Position numbers and translations under genes: made by a program. Of a stretch of DNA of 49,284 nt, positions 1 through 11,507 are shown one piece after another. A model generated the notes under the pieces. It made no database searches and had not been told where the DNA came from. It saw only the letters and a list, made by a program, of their open reading frames with translations. Source of the stretch: Methylocella sp. Lineage in GTDB: Bacteria; Pseudomonadota; Alphaproteobacteria; Rhizobiales; Beijerinckiaceae. Position 1 is the stretch's first letter. Each line of letters begins with the position of its first letter. The stretch covers positions 1-49,284 of the forward strand of contig JBOHJT010000001.1 of the NCBI GenBank assembly GCA_050728715.1. The letters are read 5' to 3'.

Positions 1-223
1 AGAGCGCGTATTCGCCGAAAACGAGCGCCAGACAGTGCGCCGCTGCGTCGATACGCGCTCAACGGGGCTCACGTCGTAGCGCGCTCTGGCGCAAGATATC
101 GTGCAATTGAGCGCGTGGTAGCGGAGGCCCGCTACAGCCATTCCCCCCCAATCGAGATCGCCGAGTTTCCCCTTCGATTTCAGAGCGCCTATACAAGAGC
201 GGACCCGCGACTGGAGGCATGAC

Positions 224-727
224 ATGGCCCTCTCGATCCGACCGATGCAATGGGCGAACCTGCCTGAGCTGCACCAGACACCGACGCTCGACGACAGCGA
301 TCTGGACTGCCTTGAGGAAATCCGGGACGCTTTGGCCCGTCACGGGAAATTGGCCCGCTTCGCCGTGCATTTGGCGCACCGTCATTTCGAGTTCGCGCCG
401 GGCGAAATCCTGATCGAGCGGCCCGACCCGGACGGGCGAACCCAACATGTTACAGTCGGCAGACTGGATGACGAGCCGGAGGCCCGCCCCACAACCTGGT
501 TGTTCGAAGAGGGTCCGGAAATGCGCCTGTCAGACGCGGTCTACTGCGTTTGCGTTTCGGACCCCAACAGGACGGAGGCCTGCATCCGTCATGGCAAGAG
601 CAGGTCCCCGAGCGCCAAGCACCAGCGGGATGAGGCTGCGAAGGGGCAGCGAATCTCTGAGGAAAAGGCCCGCTACGAACAGGGCGGCCCGATTGCAGGC
701 CATAATGAGCCCGGGCGGGAAAGGTGA
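224..727 (+). CDS. Hypothetical protein
   Basis: 167-aa ORF with GGAGG RBS upstream and globular-looking composition; no family assigned. Confidence 0.7.
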   Translation: MALSIRPMQWANLPELHQTPTLDDSDLDCLEEIRDALARHGKLARFAVHLAHRHFEFAPGEILIERPDPDGRTQHVTVGRLDDEPEARPTTWLFEEGPEMRLSDAVYCVCVSDPNRTEACIRHGKSRSPSAKHQRDEAAKGQRISEEKARYEQGGPIAGHNEPGRER

Positions 728-842
728 CCCTATTGCGAAGCGCATTACATACGCCCGCGTGGCCGATCTCAATTGAAAGAAAGGGCGTTTCAACACGCGG
801 CATCTAAATATTTCCTTAATATAGTATATTTTATACTAAGGT

Positions 843-1049
843 ATGGATGAATCGAATCCAGCATCGTCTTTCAAACAGGCCGCAGAGCCTGATGAAAAGC
901 TTGCTATTGATCCTGCTATACTGGCATGGTTCAAGGCGCGAGGCTCAGGCTGGCAGAACGAGATTAACGGCGTCCTCAGCTTTTATATCGATACCATCGA
1001 GCATCCGGCCTCGGAACCGGAGCCGCCGGAACAAAATGGTCTATCGTAA
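843..1049 (+). CDS. BrnA-family antitoxin-like protein (orphan, possibly truncated)
   Basis: IDPAILAWFKARGSGWQNEIN resembles the BrnA C-terminal motif; no toxin gene upstream. Confidence 0.6.
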   Translation: MDESNPASSFKQAAEPDEKLAIDPAILAWFKARGSGWQNEINGVLSFYIDTIEHPASEPEPPEQNGLS

Positions 1050-1065
1050 ACCCCGCTATCATCAT

Positions 1066-1184
1066 GGCGTGCCGGTCTTTGACCGTCGGGCCATACTCGG
1101 CTGCGCCTCCCCGAGCCTGTAGTCTCGGCCGTTCCGGTCACTGTCCCTCACGCGAAGAAAATCAGACAGCCTTACGGCTGGCTT
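1066..1184 (+). repeat. Dispersed structured repeat A, copy 1
   Basis: 1066-1160 closely matches 15696-15789; 1122-1184 matches 20520-20584. Confidence 0.9.
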
Positions 1185-1386
1185 CGATTCAGAAACGCAA
1201 GCGTAAAAAACGCAAACCGGGTTGTCGCGCCCCCTGTCGCCGCGTCCGGTCTTCGACGCGATCATTTCAGGCTGAATTTGTTACATGCTCGCACAGGTGT
1301 AATTTTGCTTGTATTTTTGTTTCTAAAATGCGCCTAATCGTGAGCTTAACCTTTGATATGTGGCGCAAAATATTGTTCATTCAATC

Positions 1387-4300
1387 ATGAAAGTTCAATC
1401 CGGCAATTTCGGCTTTCTTGCAGTGCACGACGTTCAGCTCGTGCGGCTGGGTGCGCTCGCGGAACGATATTTCCATGACGACCCAAATACATGCCTCATC
1501 AAGCTTCGCCAGTTTGGCGAATTGCTTGCCCAGCTCGTTGCGGCGACGACGGGTCTTTATGAAAAGCGCGATGAGTCCCAGGCCGATTTGCTTCGCCGCT
1601 TGCGCTTTGAACGGGTCCTGCCGCCAGAAGTCGCCGACCTGTTCCACAGCCTGCGAATATTCGGCAACAACGCCACCCACGCGGCAGGAGGGACGCTCAA
1701 CGAAGCCCTCAGCGCTCTCAAATATGCAAGGCAGGCGGGCGTCTGGTTTCACCGGACTTTCGGCAAAGACCCCTCGTTTAACGCCGGCCCGTTTCAACCG
1801 CCATCTGCACCAAAGGACGCCACGGCGCCGATCCGCGCCGAACTGGAGCGGCTGAGGGCGGATTTGCTCGCGACCAAATCGGCGGCGGAGCAGGCTAGAC
1901 TTGCGGCCGAGGAAAACGCCCGCGCCAGGCAAACCGCCGAGCAAAGCGCCCGGCAGGAAGCCGAGGAGCGCGCGACATGGGAACAGCTCGCCCAGGAGGC
2001 CGAACAGGAAAAACAGGCTCTGCGCGAGCGCCTCGACGCCGTGCAGCGCCTCGCCGAGGCCACGCCCGTCAATTTTCAGCAGGTCATCGAGCAGGGCGAA
2101 ACCGCTGCTCAGAAGATCGACCTCGACGAGGCCGCGACGCGGCAGATCGTCGATCAGCAGCTCAGAGATCGCGGTTGGGAGGCCGATACCCAGGAGATCA
2201 GGTATGCGGGCGGCGCTCGCCCCGCCAAAGGCCGCGCCATGGCTATCGCCGAATGGCCGACCGACAGCGGACCGGCGGACTACGCTTTGTTCGTCGGGCT
2301 GACCTGCGTCGGCGTCGCCGAGGCGAAACGCAAACGCAAGAACGTCTCGGCTGCGATCGATCAGGCCGAGCGCTATTCGCGGGGCTTTTCCTTCACGGCC
2401 GGAGAGCCCGCCGGCGGCCCCTGGGGCGCCTTTCGGGTTCCCTTTCTCTTCTCTGCCAACGGCCGCTCCTATCTCAAACAAATCGAAACCGAGAGCGGCA
2501 TCTGGTTTCGCGACGCGCGCAACGACACCAATCAACGCCGTTCATTGGTCGACTGGCCGACGCCCGACGGGTTGAAGGAACAGCTCGATATCGATCACGA
2601 GGCCGCGCAAGCCGCTTTGAAAGCCACACCGTTCGATTTTGGCTTTCCGCTGCGTCCCTACCAGCAACGCGCCATCCAGGAAGTCGAAAAGGGCCTCCAA
2701 GCCGATCGCCGCCAGATGTTACTCGCGATGGCGACCGGCACCGGCAAGACCAAGCTCGCGATCGCGATGCTCTATCGCTTGCTCGCCGCCAAGCGCTTCC
2801 GCCGCATTTGTTTTGTGGTCGACCGCAGCGCACTCGGGCAACAGGCCGAGGCGGAATTTCGATCGACCAAGGTTGTGAGCGTCAAGAACTTCGCTGACAT
2901 CTTCGGCCTGAAAGGTTTGACTGATGTGGCGCCTGAATCTGAAACCAAGGTGCACATTTGCACCATTCAGGGGCTCGTCAAACGCGTCTTGTTCACCGAA
3001 GACAATTCCGAGGCACCGCCGGTCGATCAATACGACCTTCTGGTGGTCGACGAGTGCCACCGCGGCTATTTGCTCGACCGCGAGATGTCCGACACGGAGC
3101 TAGAATTCCGCTCCCAGGACGATTACGTCTCCAAATATCGCCGCGTCCTAGAATATTTCGATGCGGTCAAGATCGGCCTCACCGCCACGCCCGCCCTGCA
3201 TACGGTGCAAATTTTTGGTGAGCCAATCTACACCTATTCCTATCGCGAGGCCGTGATCGACGGCTACCTGATCGATCACGAGCCGCCGATCCGAATCGAA
3301 ACCGAGCTGACCCGCGGCGGCATCACCTTTCAGAGAGACGAGCAGCTCGAAATCTTCAATACCCGTACAGGCCAGATCGACCTCGTGCACGCGCCCGACG
3401 AAATCCGGTTTGAAGTGGAATCCTTCAACCGGCGCGTCGTCACCCAGGAATTCAATCGCGTGGTCGCGGAGGTGCTGGCCAGGCACATCGACCCGAGCCT
3501 CCCCGGCAAGACGCTGGTCTTTGCCGCGACCGACGCCCATGCCGACATCCTGGTCAACGAGATCAAGAAGGCCATGCAGGCCCGCTATGGCGAGATCGAA
3601 GACGCGGCCGTCCGCAAGGTGACCGGCAGCGTCGATCGCGTGAGCGCCTTGATCCGCTCCTATCGCAATGACGCTTTGCCGAAGATCGCCGTCACTGTGG
3701 ACTTGCTCACGACCGGCATCGACGTGCCGAGCATCACCAACCTGGTCTTCGTTCGCCGGGTCAACAGCCGCATCCTTTATGACCAAATGCTTGGACGCGC
3801 GACGCGGCGTTGCGACGAGATCGGCAAGGAGACTTTCCGTATCTTCGACGCGGTCGACGTCTATCCGCACCTCGAAAACCTCACCGATATGAAGCCGGTC
3901 GTTGTGAACCCGCTGCTGTCTTTCGAGCAATTGCTTCAGGAACTGACGAGCGTCACCGATGACGGTCACCGCACTGCTATCCGCGACCAGCTCGCCGTCA
4001 AATGGGGCCGCAAAGTCCGCCGTCTTGCGGACGAGGCGCGCCGCAGATATGGGGCCGCCGCCGGCGAAGAGCCCGAGGCCACTTTAGACCGCATTCGGAA
4101 CGGTGCACCGGCGGACCTGGCCAATTGGTTCAAGGACAGGCCGACCCTTGGGCCGATCCTCGACTGGAGCGCCGAAGGCAATGGCGTGGCTATGCCCATT
4201 TCCCATCACCCCGACCAATTGGTTGAAGTGACTCGCGGTTATGGGGCAGCCAATCGTCCAGAGGATTTTTTGGACAATTTCACGACTTTCGTGCGCAACA

Positions 4301-4761
4301 ACGTCAACAAAATCGCCGCGCTCGGCGTCGTGGTGCAGCGCCCGCGCGAGCTGACGCGGGCGCAATTGCGCGAGCTACGGCTCGAACTTGACCGGCAGGG
4401 TTTCACGGACACCGCTTTGCGAACCGCCTGGCAGCAATCGAAGAACGAGGACATTGCCGCCTCGGTCATCGGCTTCATTCGCCAGGCCGCCATCGGCGAT
4501 CCTTTGGAGCCCTTTGAAGACCGCGTCCGCAATGCCATTCGCAAGATCGAAAGCCGTGGAACATGGACCCAGCCGCAACGCGCCTGGTTGCGGCGCATTG
4601 GCGAGCAGCTCATGCAAGAACTGGTCGTTGATCGTGACGCTCTCGACCAGGAACCATTCCGCTCCGAAGGCGGCTTCACACGATTGAACAAGGTGTTCGA
4701 TGGCAAGCTTGAAAGTCTGCTCGCCGATATCAACGAAGAAACCTGGAGGCGCGCCGGCTAA
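1387..4761 (+). CDS. hsdR: Type I restriction endonuclease subunit R (EcoKI-like)
   Basis: N-terminal SGNFGFL...DDPNTCLIKLRQFGE, nuclease motif ADY...EAK, Walker A ATGTGKT, DECH, LTATP, QMLGRATR. ATG 1387 chosen over GTG 1360. Confidence 0.95.
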   Translation: MKVQSGNFGFLAVHDVQLVRLGALAERYFHDDPNTCLIKLRQFGELLAQLVAATTGLYEKRDESQADLLRRLRFERVLPPEVADLFHSLRIFGNNATHAAGGTLNEALSALKYARQAGVWFHRTFGKDPSFNAGPFQPPSAPKDATAPIRAELERLRADLLATKSAAEQARLAAEENARARQTAEQSARQEAEERATWEQLAQEAEQEKQALRERLDAVQRLAEATPVNFQQVIEQGETAAQKIDLDEAATRQIVDQQLRDRGWEADTQEIRYAGGARPAKGRAMAIAEWPTDSGPADYALFVGLTCVGVAEAKRKRKNVSAAIDQAERYSRGFSFTAGEPAGGPWGAFRVPFLFSANGRSYLKQIETESGIWFRDARNDTNQRRSLVDWPTPDGLKEQLDIDHEAAQAALKATPFDFGFPLRPYQQRAIQEVEKGLQADRRQMLLAMATGTGKTKLAIAMLYRLLAAKRFRRICFVVDRSALGQQAEAEFRSTKVVSVKNFADIFGLKGLTDVAPESETKVHICTIQGLVKRVLFTEDNSEAPPVDQYDLLVVDECHRGYLLDREMSDTELEFRSQDDYVSKYRRVLEYFDAVKIGLTATPALHTVQIFGEPIYTYSYREAVIDGYLIDHEPPIRIETELTRGGITFQRDEQLEIFNTRTGQIDLVHAPDEIRFEVESFNRRVVTQEFNRVVAEVLARHIDPSLPGKTLVFAATDAHADILVNEIKKAMQARYGEIEDAAVRKVTGSVDRVSALIRSYRNDALPKIAVTVDLLTTGIDVPSITNLVFVRRVNSRILYDQMLGRATRRCDEIGKETFRIFDAVDVYPHLENLTDMKPVVVNPLLSFEQLLQELTSVTDDGHRTAIRDQLAVKWGRKVRRLADEARRRYGAAAGEEPEATLDRIRNGAPADLANWFKDRPTLGPILDWSAEGNGVAMPISHHPDQLVEVTRGYGAANRPEDFLDNFTTFVRNNVNKIAALGVVVQRPRELTRAQLRELRLELDRQGFTDTALRTAWQQSKNEDIAASVIGFIRQAAIGDPLEPFEDRVRNAIRKIESRGTWTQPQRAWLRRIGEQLMQELVVDRDALDQEPFRSEGGFTRLNKVFDGKLESLLADINEETWRRAG

Positions 4762-6236
4762 TGGCTGAACTAAAAACAACCCGCGACATCGTCGCTAAAC
4801 TCTGGAATCTCTGTCACATCCTTCGCGATGACGGCGTGACCTACAACGAGTACGTCACCGAACTGACCTTCCTGCTTTTCCTCAAGATGATGGAGGAAAC
4901 CGGCCGCGAGGACGTGCTTCCGAATGGCTATCGATGGACCGAACTGACCAGCCGCACAGGACTGGAACAGCTCGATTATTACAAGCGCCTGCTTCTCGAT
5001 CTTGGCACCAAGGGCAAGGCGACAGTCGCCGCGATCTTCGTGGACGCGCAGACCAGGCTCCGCAAGCCCACTAATCTCAAGGCGCTGACGGATGCGATCG
5101 ACAAACTCGACTGGTTTTCGGCGCGTGAAGAAGGGCTCGGCAATCTCTACGAAGGGCTTCTGGAAAAGAATGCCGCCGAGAAAAAATCCGGGGCCGGCCA
5201 GTATTTTACGCCTCGACCGCTCATCGATTGCATCGTGCGGCTCATGCAGCCGCGGTCCGGTGAAATCATCCAAGACCCCGCCGCCGGCACCGGCGGATTC
5301 CTTGTCGCTGCGGACCACTACATCAAGGAACGGACGGACGACCTCTTCAAACTGCCCAAAGAGCAAATCCATTTTCAGAAGCACAATGCCTTTGTCGGCC
5401 TGGAGCTGGTGCCGGACGCACATCGGCTCTGTCTGATGAATTTGATGCTTCATGGCATCGAGGAAGGCGTCGAATCCGGCGACACCTTGTCGCCGGATGG
5501 AGCCAGCCTTCCGAAAGCCGACCTCATCCTCACCAATCCCCCATTCGGCACCAAGAAGGGCGGCGGCCGGCCAAACCGGGCGGATTTTTCGATCACCGCA
5601 GACACGTCCAACAAACAGCTCGCTTTCGTCGAACATGTCGTGCGGGCGCTAAAGCCAGGAGGAAGGGCCGCCGTCGTGGTGCCCGATAACGTCCTGTTCG
5701 AGGACAACACCGGCCGCCGGCTGCGCACATGGATGATGGAGCTTTGCGACCTCCACACCATCCTGCGATTACCGATAGGAATTTTCTACGCGCAGGGCGT
5801 GAAGACCAACGTGGTGTTTCTGTCGCGCGGCAAAACCGACAAGGCGAACACGAAAGCAGTCTGGGTCTACGATTTACGCAACCAGATGGAGGCCTTCGGT
5901 AAGACCCGGCCGCTGACCGTGAAGGACTTCGCGGAATTCGAGAAGGCGTTTGGAGCCGATCCGCTCGCCAAGGCGAAGCGTAAGGACCAAGGGGAAGAGG
6001 GGCGATTCCGGTGCTTTACACGGGATGAGATCAAAGCCCGCAATGACAATCTCGACATCGGTTGGTTGCGTGACACCGAGGCGGAGGCCGAGGAACACCT
6101 GGTCGACCCCGAGGACATCGCCGCCGCTATTATGGGGCACCTCAAAGCCGCGCTGGAAGAAATCGAGATAGTCAGCGATGAGCTCACGGAAGAAGAAGAG
6201 GTCGAGGCAGCCGACAAGCTGGAGGAAGTGGCGTGA
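4761..6236 (+). CDS. hsdM: Type I RM methyltransferase subunit M
   Basis: GQYFTPR, DPAAGTGGF (SAM binding), NPPF catalytic motif; start overlaps the hsdR stop. Confidence 0.96.
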   Translation: MAELKTTRDIVAKLWNLCHILRDDGVTYNEYVTELTFLLFLKMMEETGREDVLPNGYRWTELTSRTGLEQLDYYKRLLLDLGTKGKATVAAIFVDAQTRLRKPTNLKALTDAIDKLDWFSAREEGLGNLYEGLLEKNAAEKKSGAGQYFTPRPLIDCIVRLMQPRSGEIIQDPAAGTGGFLVAADHYIKERTDDLFKLPKEQIHFQKHNAFVGLELVPDAHRLCLMNLMLHGIEEGVESGDTLSPDGASLPKADLILTNPPFGTKKGGGRPNRADFSITADTSNKQLAFVEHVVRALKPGGRAAVVVPDNVLFEDNTGRRLRTWMMELCDLHTILRLPIGIFYAQGVKTNVVFLSRGKTDKANTKAVWVYDLRNQMEAFGKTRPLTVKDFAEFEKAFGADPLAKAKRKDQGEEGRFRCFTRDEIKARNDNLDIGWLRDTEAEAEEHLVDPEDIAAAIMGHLKAALEEIEIVSDELTEEEEVEAADKLEEVA

Positions 6237-7747
6237 GTTTCAGCGCTAACCTATCCGAACTGGTCGCATCATCCGATGATCCGTTGCTCGCAGCAGCAAA
6301 AGATTGGGACCGTATCGATTTGAAGAAGGTTGCCACTATCCTCAATGGATATCCTTGGCGCTCCGATTCCTTCAATGACCGCGTCGGTGCGCCCGTAATT
6401 CGAATTAGGGATGTAACTTCCGGGCAGACGAAGACTTTTTACGATGGCCTTATAGCGTCTGGCTATTGGATCGAAAACGGCGATTTAATAGTTGGTATGG
6501 ATGGCGACTTTAATTGCCGCATCTGGAACGGAGGACGTGCACTGCTAAATCAACGCGTGTGCAAGATCACGCCTGATGAGCGACAAATGGTGAAGTCATT
6601 TCTTTGTTATATGTTGCCTGGCTATTTAAAGGCTATCAACGACGCTACGCATTCCATTACCGTCAAGCACCTATCTTCGAAAACGCTCGGTGATATCCCA
6701 TTGCCAAGCCCTCCCCTCTCAGAGCAACACCGCATTGTTACGAAGCTCGACAGCCTAACCGGCCGCACGGCGCGTGCGCGGGATGAGTTAGGGAGACTTC
6801 CGAGGCTCATACAGAAATATCGCGCGGCGATCCTCTTGGCAGCGTTCAACGGCCAGCTGACGAGGGATTGGAGGTCTCACAATTTGCCTAAGGATGCCCA
6901 GAGCTATCTTGTTGAAAGACAAAGGCTGCACGATCAACGGAAGGTCTTGGGAAACCTCGGTCGGGACGAAAAGTCCGCGATGATATGTCCTGACGAGGAC
7001 TTGTTGCTCGAAATCCGTCTCCAGGAGGCCTCAACCCCATTGCCGAGCACATGGTCCTGGGCTGCTTTAGGACAGGTTTTTGGAGTTTACATCGGCGCTA
7101 CCCCGAGCCGCAAAGAGGCACGCTTCTGGGGTGGCAACGTCAATTGGGTCAGCAGTGGAGAGGTGGCCTTCTGTCGGATCAAAGATACCGCAGAAACCAT
7201 CACTCACGAGGGCCTGGCTAACTCATCGACTCGAATACACCCGCCAGGGACCGTACTTCTTGGAATGATTGGAGAGGGAAAAACTCGCGGTCAAGCGGCT
7301 GTCCTCGATGTGCCCGCATGTAACAACCAAAATTGCGCAGCAATCAGAGTCGGAGAGGCAGCATACACCCCAGAGTATTTATACTGGTATCTATATTTCT
7401 CGTATGAAGAAACAAGAAATGCGGGAGCCGGAAACAATCAACCTGCACTGAACAAGGACCGAGTGCAGAAAATACTATTCCCACTTGCGCCCCCGGCTGA
7501 AGCTGGGGTTATAGCTGCGAGGATTGGAGAAGCTTTCGCCTGGCTCGACCGCCTCGCCGCCGAGCACGCCAACGCATCACGGCTTTTGCCGAAACTCGAC
7601 CAAGCCATTTTGGCCAAAGCCTTCCGTGGAGAATTGGTACCGCAAGACCCCAACGATAAGCCCGTGGAACTCAGGGGCCAGGCCGATGGCGAAGGCTCTC
7701 GTGATCGCCCAATACGCCAAAGCGGTCGCGGCTCTTCTGTAAGCTGA
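6233..7747 (+). CDS. hsdS: Type I RM specificity subunit S
   Basis: Two TRDs with conserved blocks ([27 protein letters not shown]); GTGA overlap with hsdM. Confidence 0.95.
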   Translation: MSFSANLSELVASSDDPLLAAAKDWDRIDLKKVATILNGYPWRSDSFNDRVGAPVIRIRDVTSGQTKTFYDGLIASGYWIENGDLIVGMDGDFNCRIWNGGRALLNQRVCKITPDERQMVKSFLCYMLPGYLKAINDATHSITVKHLSSKTLGDIPLPSPPLSEQHRIVTKLDSLTGRTARARDELGRLPRLIQKYRAAILLAAFNGQLTRDWRSHNLPKDAQSYLVERQRLHDQRKVLGNLGRDEKSAMICPDEDLLLEIRLQEASTPLPSTWSWAALGQVFGVYIGATPSRKEARFWGGNVNWVSSGEVAFCRIKDTAETITHEGLANSSTRIHPPGTVLLGMIGEGKTRGQAAVLDVPACNNQNCAAIRVGEAAYTPEYLYWYLYFSYEETRNAGAGNNQPALNKDRVQKILFPLAPPAEAGVIAARIGEAFAWLDRLAAEHANASRLLPKLDQAILAKAFRGELVPQDPNDKPVELRGQADGEGSRDRPIRQSGRGSSVS

Positions 7748-7779
7748 TAACCGTTCGAGGCACAAGAGGAAGCAACAAC

Positions 7780-10299
7780 GTGGTCAATTTCAAAAATCGC
7801 CTTGCTGGTAAAAAAGCGGAAAAACCGACTGATCCGGTAAAGCTGTATGAAACGCTCGATCGCGCCAGCGACAAGGGACCGCTTCGCCCGGCCCAGCAAG
7901 CGGTGCTTGCTGAATGGTTTGATAGCCACCAAACCTCTAAAGACGTTATCGTCAAGCTACACACAGGTCAGGGTAAGACCCTAATCGGTCTCCTGATGTT
8001 GCAGGCGCGTTTAAACGCTGGAAAGGGTCCTGCACTCTATTTGTGCCCTGATAATTTCCTGATCGCCCAGACTTGTGAACAAGCAAAGCAATTCGGGATC
8101 GCGACATGTACCACCGATCCAGAAATTCCCGATGAATTTCTCAGCGGTGACAAGATCCTTGTTGCGTCGGTACAAAAGCTATTCAACGGGAAAACAAAAT
8201 TTGGTCTCAATCGACAGTCCATTGCAATCGAAACCTTGCTCATGGACGATGCCCACGCGTGCGCCGACACTATTCGGGAGCAATGCCGTATCCGCATTCC
8301 TTGTGACGAGCCCGCCTATAGCGCGCTCAGGACGCTGTTCGCAGCGGACTTGGAAATGCAGGGGATCGGGACATACGCTGATATCTGTAATGGTGTTCGC
8401 GATGCTTTGTTGCCCGTCCCTTACTGGGCGTGGATGTCCCGAGAAACTGAGATCGCCACCATCTTATCGACCCACTCGGCGCGCGACTCGATCAAGTACG
8501 CGTGGCCCGTGCTGAAAGACATGCTCGGACACTGTCAATGTATCATATCCGGTGCGGCAATTGAGATTGAACCCTATATCGCACCGCTCTCCGCGTTCGG
8601 TAGCTATTGGAAGGCAGAGCATCGAATCTTTATGTCCGCCACCGTTACGGACGATGCATTTTTGGTGAAAGGCCTGCAACTCACTCCCAAAACAATCACA
8701 ACGCCTTTGAGCTACGCCAAGGAAACCTGGTCTGGCGAAAAAATGGTACTGCTGCCATCCTTGATCCATGAGGAACTTGACCGAGAAAGAATTGTCAAAG
8801 GCTTTGCAGTTCCAAACCCCAAGAGACGCTTTGGGGTGGTTGCTCTCATTCCGAGCTTCAACCGCACGAAGGATTGGGAAGCATACGGCGCGATTGTCGC
8901 CAAGAAAGAGACGGTATCTGACATCATCGACGGGCTGAAACGCGGAGAATGCGAAAAGCCCGTCTTACTAGTGAATCGCTACGATGGCATCGATCTTCCT
9001 GATGACTCTTGCAGAATTCTCGTCTTTGATTCCAAGCCATACTCAGAGAGCTTAACAGACCTGTATCAAGAGTTTTGCCGGCCTGACAGCGAGGCGACCT
9101 TGATGCGCACAATTCGCACAGTCGAGCAAGGTATGGGACGAAGTGTACGAGGTGAGAAGGACTATTGCGTCGTGGTTGTAATCGGTAGCGATCTTGTCAG
9201 GCTTGTCCGCGATAGGGCGTCGCGCAAATATCTGTCCTCGCAGATGGCAGCGCAAATTGAGCTCGGGTTGGAAATTGCCGATATGACCCGGCAAGAGATT
9301 GAAGACGGCACACCCCCTGTTGATGCGTTCTCTGGTTTGATTCGGCAGAGTCTAAATCGCGATGCCGACTGGAAGGCGTTCTACGTTGAACAGATGGGTA
9401 AGGTTAGACCAAGTGGCGCGAATGAACAGATTTTGCGTTTGTATGCCACGGAGCTCTTGGCTGAAGAAACCTACGCTGCGGGCGATTATGCGAGCGCGAG
9501 TAACGAGCTACAGAAGCTATTGGACAGCGGCTCGGTGAGCAATGACGATAAGGGCTGGTACCTACAAGAGATGGCTCGTTATAATTACCTTTCAAACCGT
9601 ACCGAATCACAGCGGCTGCAAGTGGCAGCCCATAAGAGCAACCACCTCTTGCTGAAGCCGCCGACGGGTGTCACCGTCGCGAAGCTGACCGTGCTCAGCC
9701 AGGGCCGCGTCGACCGGATTGCAAAGTGGGTCGCCAGTCTCGAAAACTATTCGAACCTTGATGTCAACGTATCTGACATACTCGGTCGACTTGTGTTTGG
9801 TACGAAGGCAGACAAATTCGAGCATGCGCTTGACGAACTCAGTCGGGCACTCGGCTTTGCGGGGGAGCGACCCGATAAGGAGTGGAAAGAGGGACCAGAT
9901 AATTTGTGGGCACTCGACGCCACGCAATATCTGCTCTGGGAATGCAAGAGCCAGGTCGATATCAACCGGGCCGAGATCAATAAGCGTGAGGCTGACCAAA
10001 TGAATCGGTCAGGTGCTTGGTTCGACAAGCATTATCAGGGGATGAATGTAAAGCGTATCATGGTACATCCCTCCAATACGGTGCAAAGCGCCGCCGCCTT
10101 CACCTATGAGGTTGAGGCCATGCGGGAGGATGAGCTCAAGAAGCTTGTGAAATCGGTGCGAGAGTTCTTCAAGTCCTTCGAGGCGTTGAATTTCAAAGAT
10201 TTGTCGCCAGCCCTCATCCAGAAGATGGTCGATGTACACAACCTAGCTGTGCCGAATTTGCTCACCGACTACTCGAAAAAGCTTCGAAACCTCAAGTGA
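7780..10299 (+). CDS. SF2 (DinG/XPD-like) helicase with C-terminal PD-(D/E)xK nuclease; Hna-like antiphage protein
   Basis: [35 protein letters not shown], and C-terminal GPDNLW...WECKS; 839 aa in a defence context. Confidence 0.78.
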   Translation: MVNFKNRLAGKKAEKPTDPVKLYETLDRASDKGPLRPAQQAVLAEWFDSHQTSKDVIVKLHTGQGKTLIGLLMLQARLNAGKGPALYLCPDNFLIAQTCEQAKQFGIATCTTDPEIPDEFLSGDKILVASVQKLFNGKTKFGLNRQSIAIETLLMDDAHACADTIREQCRIRIPCDEPAYSALRTLFAADLEMQGIGTYADICNGVRDALLPVPYWAWMSRETEIATILSTHSARDSIKYAWPVLKDMLGHCQCIISGAAIEIEPYIAPLSAFGSYWKAEHRIFMSATVTDDAFLVKGLQLTPKTITTPLSYAKETWSGEKMVLLPSLIHEELDRERIVKGFAVPNPKRRFGVVALIPSFNRTKDWEAYGAIVAKKETVSDIIDGLKRGECEKPVLLVNRYDGIDLPDDSCRILVFDSKPYSESLTDLYQEFCRPDSEATLMRTIRTVEQGMGRSVRGEKDYCVVVVIGSDLVRLVRDRASRKYLSSQMAAQIELGLEIADMTRQEIEDGTPPVDAFSGLIRQSLNRDADWKAFYVEQMGKVRPSGANEQILRLYATELLAEETYAAGDYASASNELQKLLDSGSVSNDDKGWYLQEMARYNYLSNRTESQRLQVAAHKSNHLLLKPPTGVTVAKLTVLSQGRVDRIAKWVASLENYSNLDVNVSDILGRLVFGTKADKFEHALDELSRALGFAGERPDKEWKEGPDNLWALDATQYLLWECKSQVDINRAEINKREADQMNRSGAWFDKHYQGMNVKRIMVHPSNTVQSAAAFTYEVEAMREDELKKLVKSVREFFKSFEALNFKDLSPALIQKMVDVHNLAVPNLLTDYSKKLRNLK

Positions 10300-10468
10300 C
10301 GATGGTCATGAGAATCCCGAGGGACAGACGCCTCTAGGCATCTATAACTATAAAGTTGTCTGAATTGAAACGAAGCCGCCGTTTTTTTTAGCCTTTGGTC
10401 AAAATTTGACGGCCCTACCTGAAAGGGAAGCACGCTTCCCGGAGACAGGGCGAAAACCGAAGCCCGCA

Positions 10469-11005
10469 TCACCGCCCGCGCGGCGGCAAATTGCGGATTC
10501 TGTATTCTAGAGCTTGCTTGCTGACGCGGAGCTTCTTCGCCAGATCGTCAAGCGGGCTTTCGTCATCGATATCAAACGGCCTTCCCGCGAGGATTTGGTC
10601 GATCAAGGCTAGCGGCATGAGCAACTCGGCCGCGAATCGGTTGGCTTCGATCTCCATCTTTTCGGTACCGATCGCGGAATTCGCGTCGCGCATCAATATA
10701 GGAAATTGCTTATCGACGTGCACCGCTGAGGAAATAACGTCGCGGTGCAGTTCGAGATGACCGATTTCATGGGCAATAGTAAAGCGCTGCCGGTTCGGGT
10801 GATGCAGGGCGTTGACGCCAATAATAGGCGTGCCTCCCTTAATGAAGATCATCCCGGACAGCTCTTCATCAAGCGGCGAATAGCGAAGCTGCGCACCAAG
10901 GGTCTTCGCGATCCGGTCAACCGGTACCGGCAAGGTGCGGATGTTGAGCTTCGCAAGAAGCTCACGTGCACGAGTCGCCGGATCAACGCTTCGTTTGCTT
11001 GTCAT
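10469..11005 (-). CDS. ImmA/IrrE-family Zn metallopeptidase (CapP-like)
   Basis: RQRFTIAHEIGH (HExxH) and EIEANRFAAELLMP; start MTSKRS overlaps the end of the HTH gene. Confidence 0.9.
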   Translation of the reverse strand: MTSKRSVDPATRARELLAKLNIRTLPVPVDRIAKTLGAQLRYSPLDEELSGMIFIKGGTPIIGVNALHHPNRQRFTIAHEIGHLELHRDVISSAVHVDKQFPILMRDANSAIGTEKMEIEANRFAAELLMPLALIDQILAGRPFDIDDESPLDDLAKKLRVSKQALEYRIRNLPPRGR

Positions 11006-11354
11006 TTTTAACTTTCTTTTCTTGGCTGATTTCAGGCCGCACCCCCGCAACTAGCCTAGCGATCTGCTCTTTCTGTTGAGGCTTCAAGTCCTTCGGCAGG
11101 GGCAACGCTTCCCAGTCACTTGTCTCGGGCAGGTCTTTGACGGGGGGGAGCAAATCCGTGGGCGCAAGATCCAGTATAGCCGCAAGCGCGTAGAGATGGT
11201 GCACAAGGATTTTTTGTCGCCCGATCTCAATATTCGCTACCGAGGCCCTCGACAGCCCTAGGCGTGCAGCCAATTTGGCTTGCGTCAACTTTAGCTTTTT
11301 GCGGCGTTTTCGGATCAGGGTGCCGATTTGCGGATACATCAAATCGTGATTCAT
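10983..11354 (-). CDS. XRE-family HTH repressor (CapH-like)
   Basis: LTQAKLAARLGLSRASVANIEIGRQ; paired with the peptidase and divergent from the Ubl operon. Confidence 0.92.
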   Translation of the reverse strand: MNHDLMYPQIGTLIRKRRKKLKLTQAKLAARLGLSRASVANIEIGRQKILVHHLYALAAILDLAPTDLLPPVKDLPETSDWEALPLPKDLKPQQKEQIARLVAGVRPEISQEKKVKNDKQTKR

Positions 11355-11357
11355 AGA

Positions 11358-11466
11358 TTGTTTATGGGCCTCCCACTTCGATTTGTCAATATCATAAACA
11401 TTGTTTGTAATACAAACATTTAAATTGTTTGTCAGTGTTGCATTTTAAGGCGGGTCCTGCTAGATA
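11358..11466. promoter_or_regulatory. Divergent promoter region with an array of TGTTT/AAACA inverted half-sites
   Basis: TGTTTGTA-A-TACAAACA at 11402-11418 and further half-sites across 11359-11432; TTGCAT-N17-TAGATA at 11438-11466; TTGACA on the minus strand at 11384-11389. Confidence 0.7.
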
Positions 11467-11507
11467 TAGTTATGCGCAGGCCCGCTAACTCAATGGAGCG
11501 AGAGACA

